64,000 nucleotides of DNA, from positions 31-64,030 of the IMG/VR virus record IMGVR_UViG_3300043499_000058. One strand, written 5' to 3'. Position 1 is the stretch's first letter; the number at the start of each line of letters is the position of its first letter. Both the position numbers and the translations under genes were made by a program. Positions 28,507 to 38,187 of this stretch are shown here, piece by piece. The notes under the pieces were generated by a model, which was not told where the DNA came from, searched no databases, and saw nothing but the letters and a program-made list of their open reading frames with translations. Source of the stretch: a virus. Lineage: Duplodnaviria > Caudoviricetes.

Positions 28507-29156
28507 AGTGCTCTCCTTCGATCAAGCTCCTCTACTGCCGTCCAGAACCAATCGGGCTTCGGCTTGGGGCCGGGGAGGTTCTGCCAGATCGGTTCACCTT
28601 CCGTCCACTCGTCATCGGTCGGAAGCGGCAACTTGAAAAAGCGGAGCAGCGCGCGGTACTCGGCCGCTGCCAGGTTGTCGATGTTGGCAAACATCCAAGC
28701 ACGCTCGCCCACGTTTGTCAGGAAGCCATGCTCGACCAGCACTTCTGGCCCGAGCGTATCGACACGGCTGTAGCCGTAATAGCCCCTGAGTCCTCCGGTG
28801 TAGTTGTCAGTGTGATGTGGAGGATGGCCCGGCAACTTCATGAACTCCTCCGTGATCAGGGTAGCCAACGTCTTGTTGACCGCCCCCTTAGGGAAGCCCA
28901 TTGAAAACCCGGACGCTGCGGCACTAGCCGATCCGTCTCCATGCAGGAAGATGGCCGCGTCCACCTTGATCCCGTTCTGGATGTCACCCGGTTGGTAGAT
29001 GCCGTCGAAACGTCCATCGTCGTCCAGCATTTTCACCAGCCGGTCTGCGACTCGCTTGGTGAACTCGATCTCCCTGACTGTGCCGGTGCCACCCTCGAAC
29101 CCCGGCTCACGCGGCGGATTGTGTCCCGCCTGTACGAGAACTCTATGCTTGGCCAT
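28503..29156 (-). CDS. endolysin, N-acetylmuramoyl-L-alanine amidase (Amidase_3)
   Basis: VQAGH...E...IFLHGD...VLVEHGFLTN. Confidence 0.9.
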   Translation of the reverse strand: MAKHRVLVQAGHNPPREPGFEGGTGTVREIEFTKRVADRLVKMLDDDGRFDGIYQPGDIQNGIKVDAAIFLHGDGSASAAASGFSMGFPKGAVNKTLATLITEEFMKLPGHPPHHTDNYTGGLRGYYGYSRVDTLGPEVLVEHGFLTNVGERAWMFANIDNLAAAEYRALLRFFKLPLPTDDEWTEGEPIWQNLPGPKPKPDWFWTAVEELDRRRAL

Positions 29157-29162
29157 GCTTTG

Positions 29163-29330
29163 TCACCGCCCTTCGAGCTTTGCTTTGGCCGCTTCTAGTT
29201 CGGCCCTGGTTGTTGCGAGTGATTCCTTTGTCACCTGAAGCTCCTGCTCGGCTCCGTCAGCCCGGTCAGACTCCATGTGGTACTTGATCACGTACTCCGC
29301 GAGGAGCAGCATGACAACGTTGATGTTCAT
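29163..29330 (-). CDS. small coiled-coil protein (MNINVVMLLL...)
   Basis: hand translation; ATGA-coupled. Confidence 0.6.
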   Translation of the reverse strand: MNINVVMLLLAEYVIKYHMESDRADGAEQELQVTKESLATTRAELEAAKAKLEGR

Positions 29331-29749
29331 GACGCCCGCCCTTCTTTGTCAGACAACGGTTGTGGCAACCGCGCGATCACGGCAATCCTGCGACCGCCAG
29401 GCTGCATCACCGGCGTCGGGTTGTGGTGGAAGCAGGTTAGCGTGTTCCAGAGCGCCACGTCGCCCTCCTGTAGCTCGATCTCCACCCCGTCAATGATCGT
29501 CGGCGCGACCATCTCACCGTCGCGGTACACCGCCAACATGGTTGTCAGGCCAGGTGGCCCGTCCACGTGTGGCATTGTCGTCTCATTTACCTGCACACTA
29601 GTTGTCAGCGCCGAACCTAGACCGATGAGATCAGTCCACGGTTCGAGCGGGTGCAACGACTCATCCCATCGGTACCCAGGCTCCAAGCTTCGAGCCAGAT
29701 CCCCCAGGTGCGCAGCCAACCCGCGTCTGATGACAACAGGTTCTCTCAA
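29327..29749 (-). CDS. 2OG-Fe(II) dioxygenase-like protein
   Basis: PHVD...GDVALWN....HHNPTP......RIAVI (HxD...H...R). Confidence 0.65.
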   Translation of the reverse strand: MREPVVIRRGLAAHLGDLARSLEPGYRWDESLHPLEPWTDLIGLGSALTTSVQVNETTMPHVDGPPGLTTMLAVYRDGEMVAPTIIDGVEIELQEGDVALWNTLTCFHHNPTPVMQPGGRRIAVIARLPQPLSDKEGRAS

Positions 29750-30714
29750 AGCTTACCGATTTTCAGGGCGACGATTGACGGCTGGATGTTGTTGTGCGCG
29801 CCTGCGGTGACATTCTGAACCGCGCTGACGTTGGCGACCGAAGGGCCGCTAGTCGCAACATCGTCACCGAGATGCACCAACCCCGACGGGTTATCGAACG
29901 TCGCATCCCCCGTCGCAGGTACGTGCGTGTGACCCTGCATCGAGTGGTCATGTGCCATTTCTGCGCCTGACAACGTATGCGTCTTTGCGCCCCGAGTTTC
30001 GAGGATGGCATCCCAATCGACATCGCCGGTGTCCTGACCGACAATCACGCGGCCCTTGGTATTCGGCGTGGCGATTCCGCCAAGATGCGTTGACAAATCG
30101 GCGTAGATGCCTGTCGAGGCAGGGAGGTTCGAGCCGTCGTATTTCACCCACCCGGTAGGTGCGGCTGCTGCGAACCATGACAACGTTGCACCGGCCGGGA
30201 GCGACTTGCGAAGCCAGTTCGTTCCGTCACTGACATATTCGACTGCCTGATCGGTAGCCCAAAACGTCGAGCCTGGAACGACTGAGTTAGCGGCCGGTCG
30301 GTTGGCAAGCGTATTGATCAGAGAGTCGATTCCGAACGGCTGCCAAACACGTGCCACGTCAGAGCCGGTGTTCCACTCCCACTTGTTCTTTGTCGTGTTG
30401 AGCAACGCGAGGCCATACGGGGCACGTCCAGCGGCCAGGGCGTCTCTCTGCGTGGTGGTGAAAGCGCCGGGGATGAAACCTTCCAGACCACGGATGATCT
30501 TTGTCACTCGGAAGTCGCCTGAAAGCTGCGCTTCGAGCGAACCGATCCGTGAGAGCGTCAGCCCGGACTCACCGATCCGTACCGATCCCAGGTCGATTGT
30601 CTGTGTGAAGTCAACCAGGGCCGCTGCCGCTGCCTGAATTGCGTTCAGGTCGCCAGCGTAGAGCTTCCCGTTAGGGGCAACTCCCGTTGCGTCAAAGGTC
30701 TTTACTGCGATCAT
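29746..30714 (-). CDS. tail fibre with tail-collar domain
   Basis: APTGWVKYDG...PNTKGRVIVG...HTLS..EM.H.H...HNNIQPS. Confidence 0.85.
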   Translation of the reverse strand: MIAVKTFDATGVAPNGKLYAGDLNAIQAAAAALVDFTQTIDLGSVRIGESGLTLSRIGSLEAQLSGDFRVTKIIRGLEGFIPGAFTTTQRDALAAGRAPYGLALLNTTKNKWEWNTGSDVARVWQPFGIDSLINTLANRPAANSVVPGSTFWATDQAVEYVSDGTNWLRKSLPAGATLSWFAAAAPTGWVKYDGSNLPASTGIYADLSTHLGGIATPNTKGRVIVGQDTGDVDWDAILETRGAKTHTLSGAEMAHDHSMQGHTHVPATGDATFDNPSGLVHLGDDVATSGPSVANVSAVQNVTAGAHNNIQPSIVALKIGKL

Positions 30715-30726
30715 TTGTCACCCCTC

Positions 30727-31986
30727 TCAGGATTGAATGTTCTTGCCTGCGTTGTAGTTTTCAAGCACTTGGGCCGGGGTCAAGACTTCGTTGTAGAGCG
30801 CCACTTCATCGATGGGGCCGTTGAAAAACTCCCCGCCCGCCTGGTTCGCGCCGACGCGTGCAACGGTAGCGGTGTCTGTCAACACCTGCGGAGTGACAGC
30901 ACCCGTTCTGTCCACAGCGTTGATCCAGATTTTTGCGTTCACACCGTCATAGGTGACAACAAGGTGGTACACGGTGGCTGCGGTGAGCGCAATCGTGGAC
31001 ACGGCGATGTTGGCAACTGCTCGGCTCTGCAAGTAGACGCCGCCGCTGTCTGTGTAGAGAGACAACGTTCCGGTGCCCTTGTCATACAGACGACCGACCG
31101 CACCGCCCGAGTCCCCACGAACCCACATCTCAAGTGAAAACTGGTTGCCGACATTCAACTGCGCAGCGTGCGGGATTGTCATGTATTGAGTTGCACCGTC
31201 TAGGTCATACGCCGCTGTGTCGTCGTTGCCAGTAGCAACGAGGAGGCCCGGTGACGCAACTGCGGGTGGCGCACCGACCAGCGTGCCGTTGTTGCCATAG
31301 CCCGAGGCGTCATTCGCGTTTCCGTCCAAGCGGCTGTACCACACAGGTTGCTTGTTTCGTACCGTCCTGAAATAGCTCAGAGCATTCGCCTTGGAGTTGT
31401 CAATCGTGACTGCGATCCCGGCAGGTGTGACCCGTTGAAGCTCTTTCAGGAGTGACGGAATGTCAGGGGTAATCGAGCTTTTGATCCAGACCGCGTAGGC
31501 ATAGGCGCGAACGTCCTCGTAGACACGATACGCCCCGACCAGGCTAGACACCCCTGACAACATAGACAATCCGCCAGCCGAAAGCGACAAACCAGAGGGG
31601 GTGAATGACAACGCGTCACCAAACGTCGGCATGATAAACCCTTCGACAATCGATCTCACCCGAGATCGAGTGAATGGCCCGTACTGAAGCCGAGGCTTAA
31701 TGATCGCTCGACGTTGAGCGTCAGTCTTGCCAACCGGCGCAATCGGTACCCGAACGATGTCCTCCCACAAGCTCAGGTACTCGCTCGCCGTACTGACAAA
31801 CATCTCCTCCCCGAGATGATCAATCTCATCGATACACGACTGAACGATGTCCATGAGGACTTTTCGCGTCTGACCAAAGTTCGAGTCCTGGTTTTCAGGC
31901 CAGAGGCCAGGCGGCGAGAGTTCGATGAACGCGAGTTCCGCGTCCGTGTAGGTGCCCTCGGGGAGAAGTGTCGGCTGACCGATCAT
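30727..31986 (-). CDS. baseplate wedge (gpI/YmfQ-like) fused to a LamG domain
   Basis: LSLWE......RRAII; C-terminal FNGPIDEVALYNEVLT. Confidence 0.8.
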   Translation of the reverse strand: MIGQPTLLPEGTYTDAELAFIELSPPGLWPENQDSNFGQTRKVLMDIVQSCIDEIDHLGEEMFVSTASEYLSLWEDIVRVPIAPVGKTDAQRRAIIKPRLQYGPFTRSRVRSIVEGFIMPTFGDALSFTPSGLSLSAGGLSMLSGVSSLVGAYRVYEDVRAYAYAVWIKSSITPDIPSLLKELQRVTPAGIAVTIDNSKANALSYFRTVRNKQPVWYSRLDGNANDASGYGNNGTLVGAPPAVASPGLLVATGNDDTAAYDLDGATQYMTIPHAAQLNVGNQFSLEMWVRGDSGGAVGRLYDKGTGTLSLYTDSGGVYLQSRAVANIAVSTIALTAATVYHLVVTYDGVNAKIWINAVDRTGAVTPQVLTDTATVARVGANQAGGEFFNGPIDEVALYNEVLTPAQVLENYNAGKNIQS

Positions 31987-33401
31987 GTGACGGTGATCGT
32001 TCCCGGCACGCGCTTCTGCGTGGCCGTCGCTGTCTGATCAGTTGCCGGTGTGCTGACAACCACAGTAGCCACCCCTGGCAGACCGAAGATCGCATCGATG
32101 AGTCCTGCGATGTAGACGGTGCCGCCGACTGGAACGGCATTGATGTAGTCCGTGATCGCCTCCTGCACCGACGCGGTGACATCCGCGAGCAGATACCCAC
32201 CTGCCAGCGTGATCGCCACAGTGACATTCGTAGAAACCTGAGTGAACGTGGCCACGTGAATCGTGATGTTGGCAATGTCGCGCATTGTCAGGTCTGCGAG
32301 AACTGCCGCGATGACCCCGGCACTCGGGATCGATCCATTCGGCCCTGCGATCCTGACTGTGACATGCCCCGGTGTGGCGACGCCCACGTTGTCATTGTTG
32401 AACGCCGTGGCTGAGTCAACACCCTCGATGGCCTCGGCCCACGATTCGAGATCGGCCATCGAGCCGGTGCGCGGGTTGCGGATGAAATCGAGCAAGCGGG
32501 CACGGAATGTTTCCATGTCCTCCTCGTCCGTAGCCCCGGCGAACGTGGTGGTGTTTGTCACGTCCGTTACGCCGTCCGGCACCTGCACAAGCTCGCGGAT
32601 CGCGCCGATGACCGCGTTGTATGCCACCCCCGAGTCCTCGGACTCGCCTGCGACTGAAATCCGCTCGGCCGTTGACTCTACCACCGGCGCACCTACCAGC
32701 GCCGTATCGTTGTCAGTCCCGGTAGTGGTCACGTTGTTGGCGAACGTCGCGTTGAGCGCGTCCACGTTCTGCCACGCCCCACCGTTCAGACGCCGGTAGA
32801 GCTTCCTGGCAGTCGTGCCAGGGCCACCGGCAGCGACCACGGTGATTGTCGCCTGCTTGTTGATCGCCAACACCAGGGCATTCGACGCCGGGCCAATTTC
32901 AGTCTCCCCTGCTGCTGTGACAAACGAGTAAGCCCACTCGTACGTTCCCGCTGGCAGGGCACCTGCGCCACCGTCCGTTGCGACGGGCGCTGCGGGATCG
33001 CCAGGATTCGGGATCACCGAGTCGGCCGTTGTCAGGTAATAGAGAACATCACCCTCGCCTACGTCCACACCGACCATCGCGCCGGTCAAGATCGACGTGC
33101 CGCCAGCGCCAGTGAACATGAGCGTGCCAATCGCCTTGGTTCCCTGCTTTACTGACAAGCCGTACTGTTCGCCGTGACGACGAAGCTCGACAAGGTTCGC
33201 GGAAGTGACAAAGATGTTGTCCCGCTGAATTTGGTTGGCCAGGTACACGCCCTCCAATACCTCTGCCATGACTTCAGCGAAGATGCGAACGTTGCCGTCC
33301 TCCTCCACGTGGATGTCAGAGATGCGAGACTGGTATCGCTGAATGATGTCAGCGACGATCTGATCGCGGTTCCTGTAGATCACGTCAGCCTCTATCGGCA
33401 T
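31983..33401 (-). CDS. baseplate J-like protein
   Basis: G.AYN...GATDEED...RAR...GS..D...WA..IEGV. Confidence 0.9.
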   Translation of the reverse strand: MPIEADVIYRNRDQIVADIIQRYQSRISDIHVEEDGNVRIFAEVMAEVLEGVYLANQIQRDNIFVTSANLVELRRHGEQYGLSVKQGTKAIGTLMFTGAGGTSILTGAMVGVDVGEGDVLYYLTTADSVIPNPGDPAAPVATDGGAGALPAGTYEWAYSFVTAAGETEIGPASNALVLAINKQATITVVAAGGPGTTARKLYRRLNGGAWQNVDALNATFANNVTTTGTDNDTALVGAPVVESTAERISVAGESEDSGVAYNAVIGAIRELVQVPDGVTDVTNTTTFAGATDEEDMETFRARLLDFIRNPRTGSMADLESWAEAIEGVDSATAFNNDNVGVATPGHVTVRIAGPNGSIPSAGVIAAVLADLTMRDIANITIHVATFTQVSTNVTVAITLAGGYLLADVTASVQEAITDYINAVPVGGTVYIAGLIDAIFGLPGVATVVVSTPATDQTATATQKRVPGTITVT

Positions 33402-33796
33402 GACAATTCCTCTCCGAAGTAGTAGTCATGCGTCTCGATCAGAAGCGCGGCCCGTTCTCGCTTGACAATCAGCCAAGGAAACAGTTGATCAAGTACGTTA
33501 CGCGCATTGGCACCGTAGCATTGCCAACGCCAAGATTCCTTCTGCTCAGGTCGATTCGGCCGAAGCAGAACGACGCTGCCACATCCAGTGACAACTTGAA
33601 TGCGACGAATGATCTCCTCGTTTGTCATGGCAACTGCCATCGTGATCGCGCATCGCTGGTTTCGACGCTTGGTATCGAAGCACGTACCCTCGCCATCGAA
33701 TAGGCCCGCAAGCCAAGCGACCTCTATTTCAGACATCTCTCGGGCAGGAACACCCCGCGTCTTGCCGCCATTTCTAGTCCATACTTCGATTGGCAT
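33392..33796 (-). mobile_element. free-standing LAGLIDADG homing endonuclease
   Basis: AWLAGLFDGEGT...PWLIVKRERA. Confidence 0.9.
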
Positions 33797-33809
33797 TTGT
33801 CACCCCCTC

Positions 33810-34217
33810 CTAGATTGGAAGCTCGAACGTCAGGGACTCGCCCATTCGATCCTCGACGGGCACGCCTGCATCGCTCGACCTGATTGTGTAATCGATTCGC
33901 ATTTTCACTCCACCTATGCCTTCTTCTTCAACCACTACGTCTGTCAGTTCGATGTCGTCTGACATCGGGGCAAGCGCCTCGTCCACCATGAGCCGTAGCT
34001 CGCGCAGCACGCGGCCGCGAGGGAGACGTACAGCCTCCTCCAAGCGACTGCCGAGCGCGCCGTCTGATGGATCGAGCGCCCATGCCCGTCTGACAATTCT
34101 GAGACGAGTCCGAATTCGTTGTGCGATGACCTGTTCACCCTCGACACCCTGAAAGTCACGATTGCCACTGAAAAGCCAATCGCCGGTGACAGGATCGATT
34201 GCAAGATCGTATGCCAT
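33810..34217 (-). CDS. baseplate gp25/gpW-like protein
   Basis: IAQRIRTRL...W.LD...GSRL; gene position. Confidence 0.75.
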   Translation of the reverse strand: MAYDLAIDPVTGDWLFSGNRDFQGVEGEQVIAQRIRTRLRIVRRAWALDPSDGALGSRLEEAVRLPRGRVLRELRLMVDEALAPMSDDIELTDVVVEEEGIGGVKMRIDYTIRSSDAGVPVEDRMGESLTFELPI

Positions 34218-34226
34218 ACCGCCCTC

Positions 34227-34568
34227 CTAACCCACGTAGCTTCCAGCGCGTGACAAAACTGGCCCCAAGCACTTCGGCAAACGGCGACTACCCATCTGCC
34301 GCAGGACGACGACTAGCTCGCCCACCTTCGGGACTTCCGGTTCTATGAGCGCCGTCTTTTTGTCAACCCCTGTTGGTGTGGTGTCGTAGTAGGTGACAAT
34401 GTGTCGCAGGCCGACAATCGGGATCGCCTGGTCGCCATACTCCTTGAGCCAGACAAGTTTCTTTGTCACGTCTCGCTTGACCACTTTGCCGTAGGTGACT
34501 TCGTGCGGCGGAATGCCGCGCCGAATCTCCTCGAAGATCGCATCGTAGTCTCTGTCATTCAGCCCCAC
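34227..34568 (-). CDS. baseplate spike-like OB-fold protein
   Basis: PKVGELVVVL; located after the hub gene. Confidence 0.6.
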   Translation of the reverse strand: MGLNDRDYDAIFEEIRRGIPPHEVTYGKVVKRDVTKKLVWLKEYGDQAIPIVGLRHIVTYYDTTPTGVDKKTALIEPEVPKVGELVVVLRQMGSRRLPKCLGPVLSRAGSYVG

Positions 34569-34569
34569 G

Positions 34570-36801
34570 CTATCCCCCAAAGTCCGTGACAAATGGGATG
34601 TACCAATCGAACAGCCGTCTCGCGCCATAAAAGCTGTCGCGGTAGTACGGCGAGTTGAGCGGACTGATTTTCACCACGTCGCCTGTGTGCGGCGCGTGGA
34701 TGAAATGTCCGTCGTTCAGGTAGATGCCGACATGGTGGATGTCGCCTCCGCTGGCGAACAGTACCAAATCCCCTGAGATCAGGTTATCCTTGTTGACTTT
34801 TTTCAGCGAAGTGTTCGAGGCAATGCTGTACGTGGTCGGCCTGGACGAGTTGGCAAAGAGTCGGCGCGCGTCTCCACCGGCAGAGTTGGCACCGCCAATG
34901 ATGAGGCCCGAGCAGTCGAAGCTCGCAGGGCCGGAAGCTCCCCACTCATACGGCTTGCCGATCTGACGGATCAGGTAATTGACAAATTTGCGAGCATCGT
35001 CCGGTGCGTTGTTGGGCATCTTGACCGGAAAGCGTGCGCCAGTCGCGTCTGTGACAACAACATCGGTTTTGTCACCTTCAGGTACCGAGTTGCCAGACGC
35101 CTCGATGTCCTCTGTCAGCCCCCGATAGCGGGTGTTCCAGATTGCCTTGACCGAATCGCGGTACCTGACAGCCGCAGTACCCGCGCCATTGTACGCCTGC
35201 ACGCCGATCCAGATTTGATCCGGCTTCTGTGGATCAAGTCCTGACAACTTTCCGGCGAACGCTCGGGCGGCTGCGCGGATGTTTGCCTGCGGAATCCACC
35301 GGCCACCCTCGAACTCGTCACTCTTGCCGCCATAATCGTCAGCCCACTCCTTGTAGCCTCGCGTTGTCAGTTGAAATGGGCCAACTCCACGCTCACGGTC
35401 GAACGGGTTGCCAACGGTACCCGGCTGGTTTGCGAACTCGCGCCTCCATTGCTCGACCGCTGACATGCCCTGAGCAGCGCCAGGAGCGCCAGGAGCGCCC
35501 GTTCCGCTGCCAGACGTAGGTTTGGGGTACCATTCCGTGTCGCCGCTCTCAGGGACGTTTCTGAAGCTCGTCTCTTTGTCACAGATCGCAAGCAGAATCC
35601 CGAGGAAAAGATCGTAGGGCCAACCGTCGTGAAATTCCTGCGCGGCCGACGCGAACGAGTTGGCCCACCGGATGCCAGTCTGTCGCAGACCGGCTCCCAC
35701 ATCGCCCGGAAGGATGTCATCGGCAGGATCAGCTTCGAGAATCGGATCACTCGGGACGCGGCGCGAGATCGCGTAGTTCTTTTCACGCAGCCTGACTTCC
35801 TGAATGTACCCCTGCGGCCCGCCGATCAACCGAACGCCGACGATGAAAAAGATCCCATGCAGTCCCATGTCCGGCACGTTCAACTCGGCCATGTAGTTCT
35901 GCCTGACAAGTCGGCCGGTCGCCTCGAAGGGAATCGTCACTGACAATTCAAGCGCACCCACCTTGCCCTCGAAGATTTCCTCCCACGCCTCGACCAACGC
36001 TTCGCTGCGGTTCTTGGCGTCGGTTGAAGTGACAATCTTGATCGGGCGCTTTTTCCATGAACGCACGGAGGGGTCGGTGGCCTGAGCGACGAAACCGAGA
36101 TCGCCGCGCTCACCGAACACCCACACTTCCCCTGATCTGCGCTGCGTGTCCTTGGTGATTGTCACCTTCTCCACCGGAATCCATCCCTGCCGGGTCGCCG
36201 TCTTGGTCGGGATTCCAAAGAAGTAGGTCGGACTGACAGCGTAGTTCAGTTTGTCAGCGATCAGTGTGCCGTCCGGCTCCTGCCAAATCCACATCTTGCG
36301 ATTACGGTAGATGCGGTACCACGACTCCCAATACGACTCTGAGCCGTCGCGGTAGAACTTCTCTACACCTGTCACCCGAGCGAGCTTCATGCGCGTGAAC
36401 CCGAGCGCGCTGGCCTCGCCCTTGACAAACACGTCCGGCCGCAGCTTGCGGAACTCGCCAGGGGGTGCTTGTGAATCGGTCGCAACGGAGGAGATGTCAC
36501 GCCCCGCAATCGAGATCACGTGATCTTCGGACGAGTAGCTGACAACATCTGCGATCCCCGTTGAGAGATGCGTGACGTTCTTAGCTCGGGGAGAATCCGT
36601 GAAGATCGTAGCTCGAACCTCATTGTCACGATCCACCAGGAATTTCAGTTCAGGTGTCGGTGAACCGAGATCGATGCTGAACGAGTCCGAGTCTGAATCC
36701 ATCGCCGTGTCGATGGCAAACGCCTCGATGCTGGTCGATGGAAACTCCCGGTAGCCACGCCGACCGATTTCAGCCGTGATCAGGGCACGCACACTGATCA
36801 T
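34570..36801 (-). CDS. baseplate hub with lysozyme-like and NlpC/P60 domains
   Basis: hub N-terminus; KETSF..GPFQ..AYNG; GKPYEWG...FDCSG...HVGIY. Confidence 0.88.
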   Translation of the reverse strand: MISVRALITAEIGRRGYREFPSTSIEAFAIDTAMDSDSDSFSIDLGSPTPELKFLVDRDNEVRATIFTDSPRAKNVTHLSTGIADVVSYSSEDHVISIAGRDISSVATDSQAPPGEFRKLRPDVFVKGEASALGFTRMKLARVTGVEKFYRDGSESYWESWYRIYRNRKMWIWQEPDGTLIADKLNYAVSPTYFFGIPTKTATRQGWIPVEKVTITKDTQRRSGEVWVFGERGDLGFVAQATDPSVRSWKKRPIKIVTSTDAKNRSEALVEAWEEIFEGKVGALELSVTIPFEATGRLVRQNYMAELNVPDMGLHGIFFIVGVRLIGGPQGYIQEVRLREKNYAISRRVPSDPILEADPADDILPGDVGAGLRQTGIRWANSFASAAQEFHDGWPYDLFLGILLAICDKETSFRNVPESGDTEWYPKPTSGSGTGAPGAPGAAQGMSAVEQWRREFANQPGTVGNPFDRERGVGPFQLTTRGYKEWADDYGGKSDEFEGGRWIPQANIRAAARAFAGKLSGLDPQKPDQIWIGVQAYNGAGTAAVRYRDSVKAIWNTRYRGLTEDIEASGNSVPEGDKTDVVVTDATGARFPVKMPNNAPDDARKFVNYLIRQIGKPYEWGASGPASFDCSGLIIGGANSAGGDARRLFANSSRPTTYSIASNTSLKKVNKDNLISGDLVLFASGGDIHHVGIYLNDGHFIHAPHTGDVVKISPLNSPYYRDSFYGARRLFDWYIPFVTDFGG

Positions 36802-36992
36802 CGTGTGGCCTCGATGTGATCCTCGATCATTGAGATGGCTTTGTCAGTCACGTATTCGGCTGCAAAGAAACCGTCCGCGATCCTGTCGAATGCGGCAACG
36901 CGAAGCGGGAGCTTTTGGTTCGGGTACTTGCGCTCCCAAGCTCGAAAGGTCTGCGCGATTTTCACGTAGACGTTGTTTACCTTGCGCGCCAT
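36798..36992 (-). CDS. small hypothetical protein
   Basis: coupled ORF. Confidence 0.55.
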   Translation of the reverse strand: MARKVNNVYVKIAQTFRAWERKYPNQKLPLRVAAFDRIADGFFAAEYVTDKAISMIEDHIEATR

Positions 36993-36998
36993 TGTCAT

Positions 36999-37772
36999 CT
37001 AGTAGTAGACCACCGTGCCCACCGGCAGCCGGTAGTCAGGTGCTTTGTGCGACGGAATGTCTCGGGAGTCGAACCACTTTGCGTTCGCCCTGATCGCGTA
37101 AAGCTCTGTCCACCGTGCCCCGTTCCTGAAAACCGCGTACGCGATCTTCCGCAGCGTGTTCGACTGCGAGTTTGCTTTGAACTGTCGCGTACCCCTGCCC
37201 TTGCCGGTTGTGCCTCGCCCCTGATCCGGTTGCGTCGGCCCGGTGTTCGGTGCCTTCTTGCCGGTGCCTACCTTGACGACTGAAAACTGGTACTCGATGT
37301 CCATTGTCCGTTCGTCCTGAGCGTGGTTGAAAGTCTCACGCTCGGCAACGACGTACTGAAGGTTGGGGAGGATGCCAGGAAGGTGCAGGATCTTCCCGCG
37401 CTCGGGCGTGTCGGCGTAGAAGATCGCGCGCAACGCGTTCATGTTCTCCACGCTTGTCCAGCCGGGGAACGTTCCTGACAACGTGATCGTCGTCTCGGAC
37501 TTGTGCGTCACATCTACGTCAAGCTCGATTTCACCCAGGTACTTGTGACGCCCAAGCTCGGCCTGATCCTGAAGCTCGAACCCCTGCACCCCGAGCGGCC
37601 AGATGAAAGCCCGACCGCCAGGGATGGCAATGTACGGACGCGCAAAGTCGTCCTCGGGATCGAGCATGTACGCGGCTGTGTCAGTCGGTGACAAGTCCGT
37701 GTTGATTCCATGCCGCAGCGCCGGGGAGTCCGGTGGCCGATCCTCATTGTGTGGATACGGGATGTGAGCGAT
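36999..37772 (-). CDS. tail-tube initiator with C-terminal LysM-like domain (start ATC 37772 or TTG 37694)
   Basis: NTLRKIA.......RW..LY..N...L.VG; frame open up to 37772. Confidence 0.75.
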   Translation of the reverse strand: MAHIPYPHNEDRPPDSPALRHGINTDLSPTDTAAYMLDPEDDFARPYIAIPGGRAFIWPLGVQGFELQDQAELGRHKYLGEIELDVDVTHKSETTITLSGTFPGWTSVENMNALRAIFYADTPERGKILHLPGILPNLQYVVAERETFNHAQDERTMDIEYQFSVVKVGTGKKAPNTGPTQPDQGRGTTGKGRGTRQFKANSQSNTLRKIAYAVFRNGARWTELYAIRANAKWFDSRDIPSHKAPDYRLPVGTVVYY

Positions 37773-37774
37773 GG

Positions 37775-38185
37775 CTACTCACCTACTTTCATTTCAGCAA
37801 GCAACGCCCAATCGTAATTGTCAGTGGCAAACTGATCTTTGGGCTGAATTCGTCCTCGCACTCGTCGTTCCTGAAAAGCAATTGCGATGACTGCCTGATC
37901 GTGTTTTTCAACCAAATACGGAAGCAGTTGCCGCAGAACCTCAGCGGCGTCTTGTGTACAAACCGTCCACCACCATACATCCTGACTAGCTGGCCTCCTG
38001 ACGGTGCCACCGAACATCGACTGCAACTTGTCAAGTGCAATACGACGTTTTTGACTGACAACCAACTTGAGCACAAATCGAACACCGCTAGAGGTTGTCT
38101 TACACTTCGCCTTTGACAAAGAAACACATCCTTCGCCATCGATAAACCCCGCAGCCCAAGCAAGATCAGTTGGAATGTGAGTCAT
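37775..38185 (-). mobile_element. free-standing LAGLIDADG homing endonuclease
   Basis: AWAAGFIDGEGCV...PYLVEKHDQA. Confidence 0.92.
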
Positions 38186-38187
38186 TG

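Noticed and set aside
29746-31986. Diversity-generating retroelement or invertible fibre cassette
   Set aside because: No reverse transcriptase, recombinase or duplicated template repeat was seen in the window
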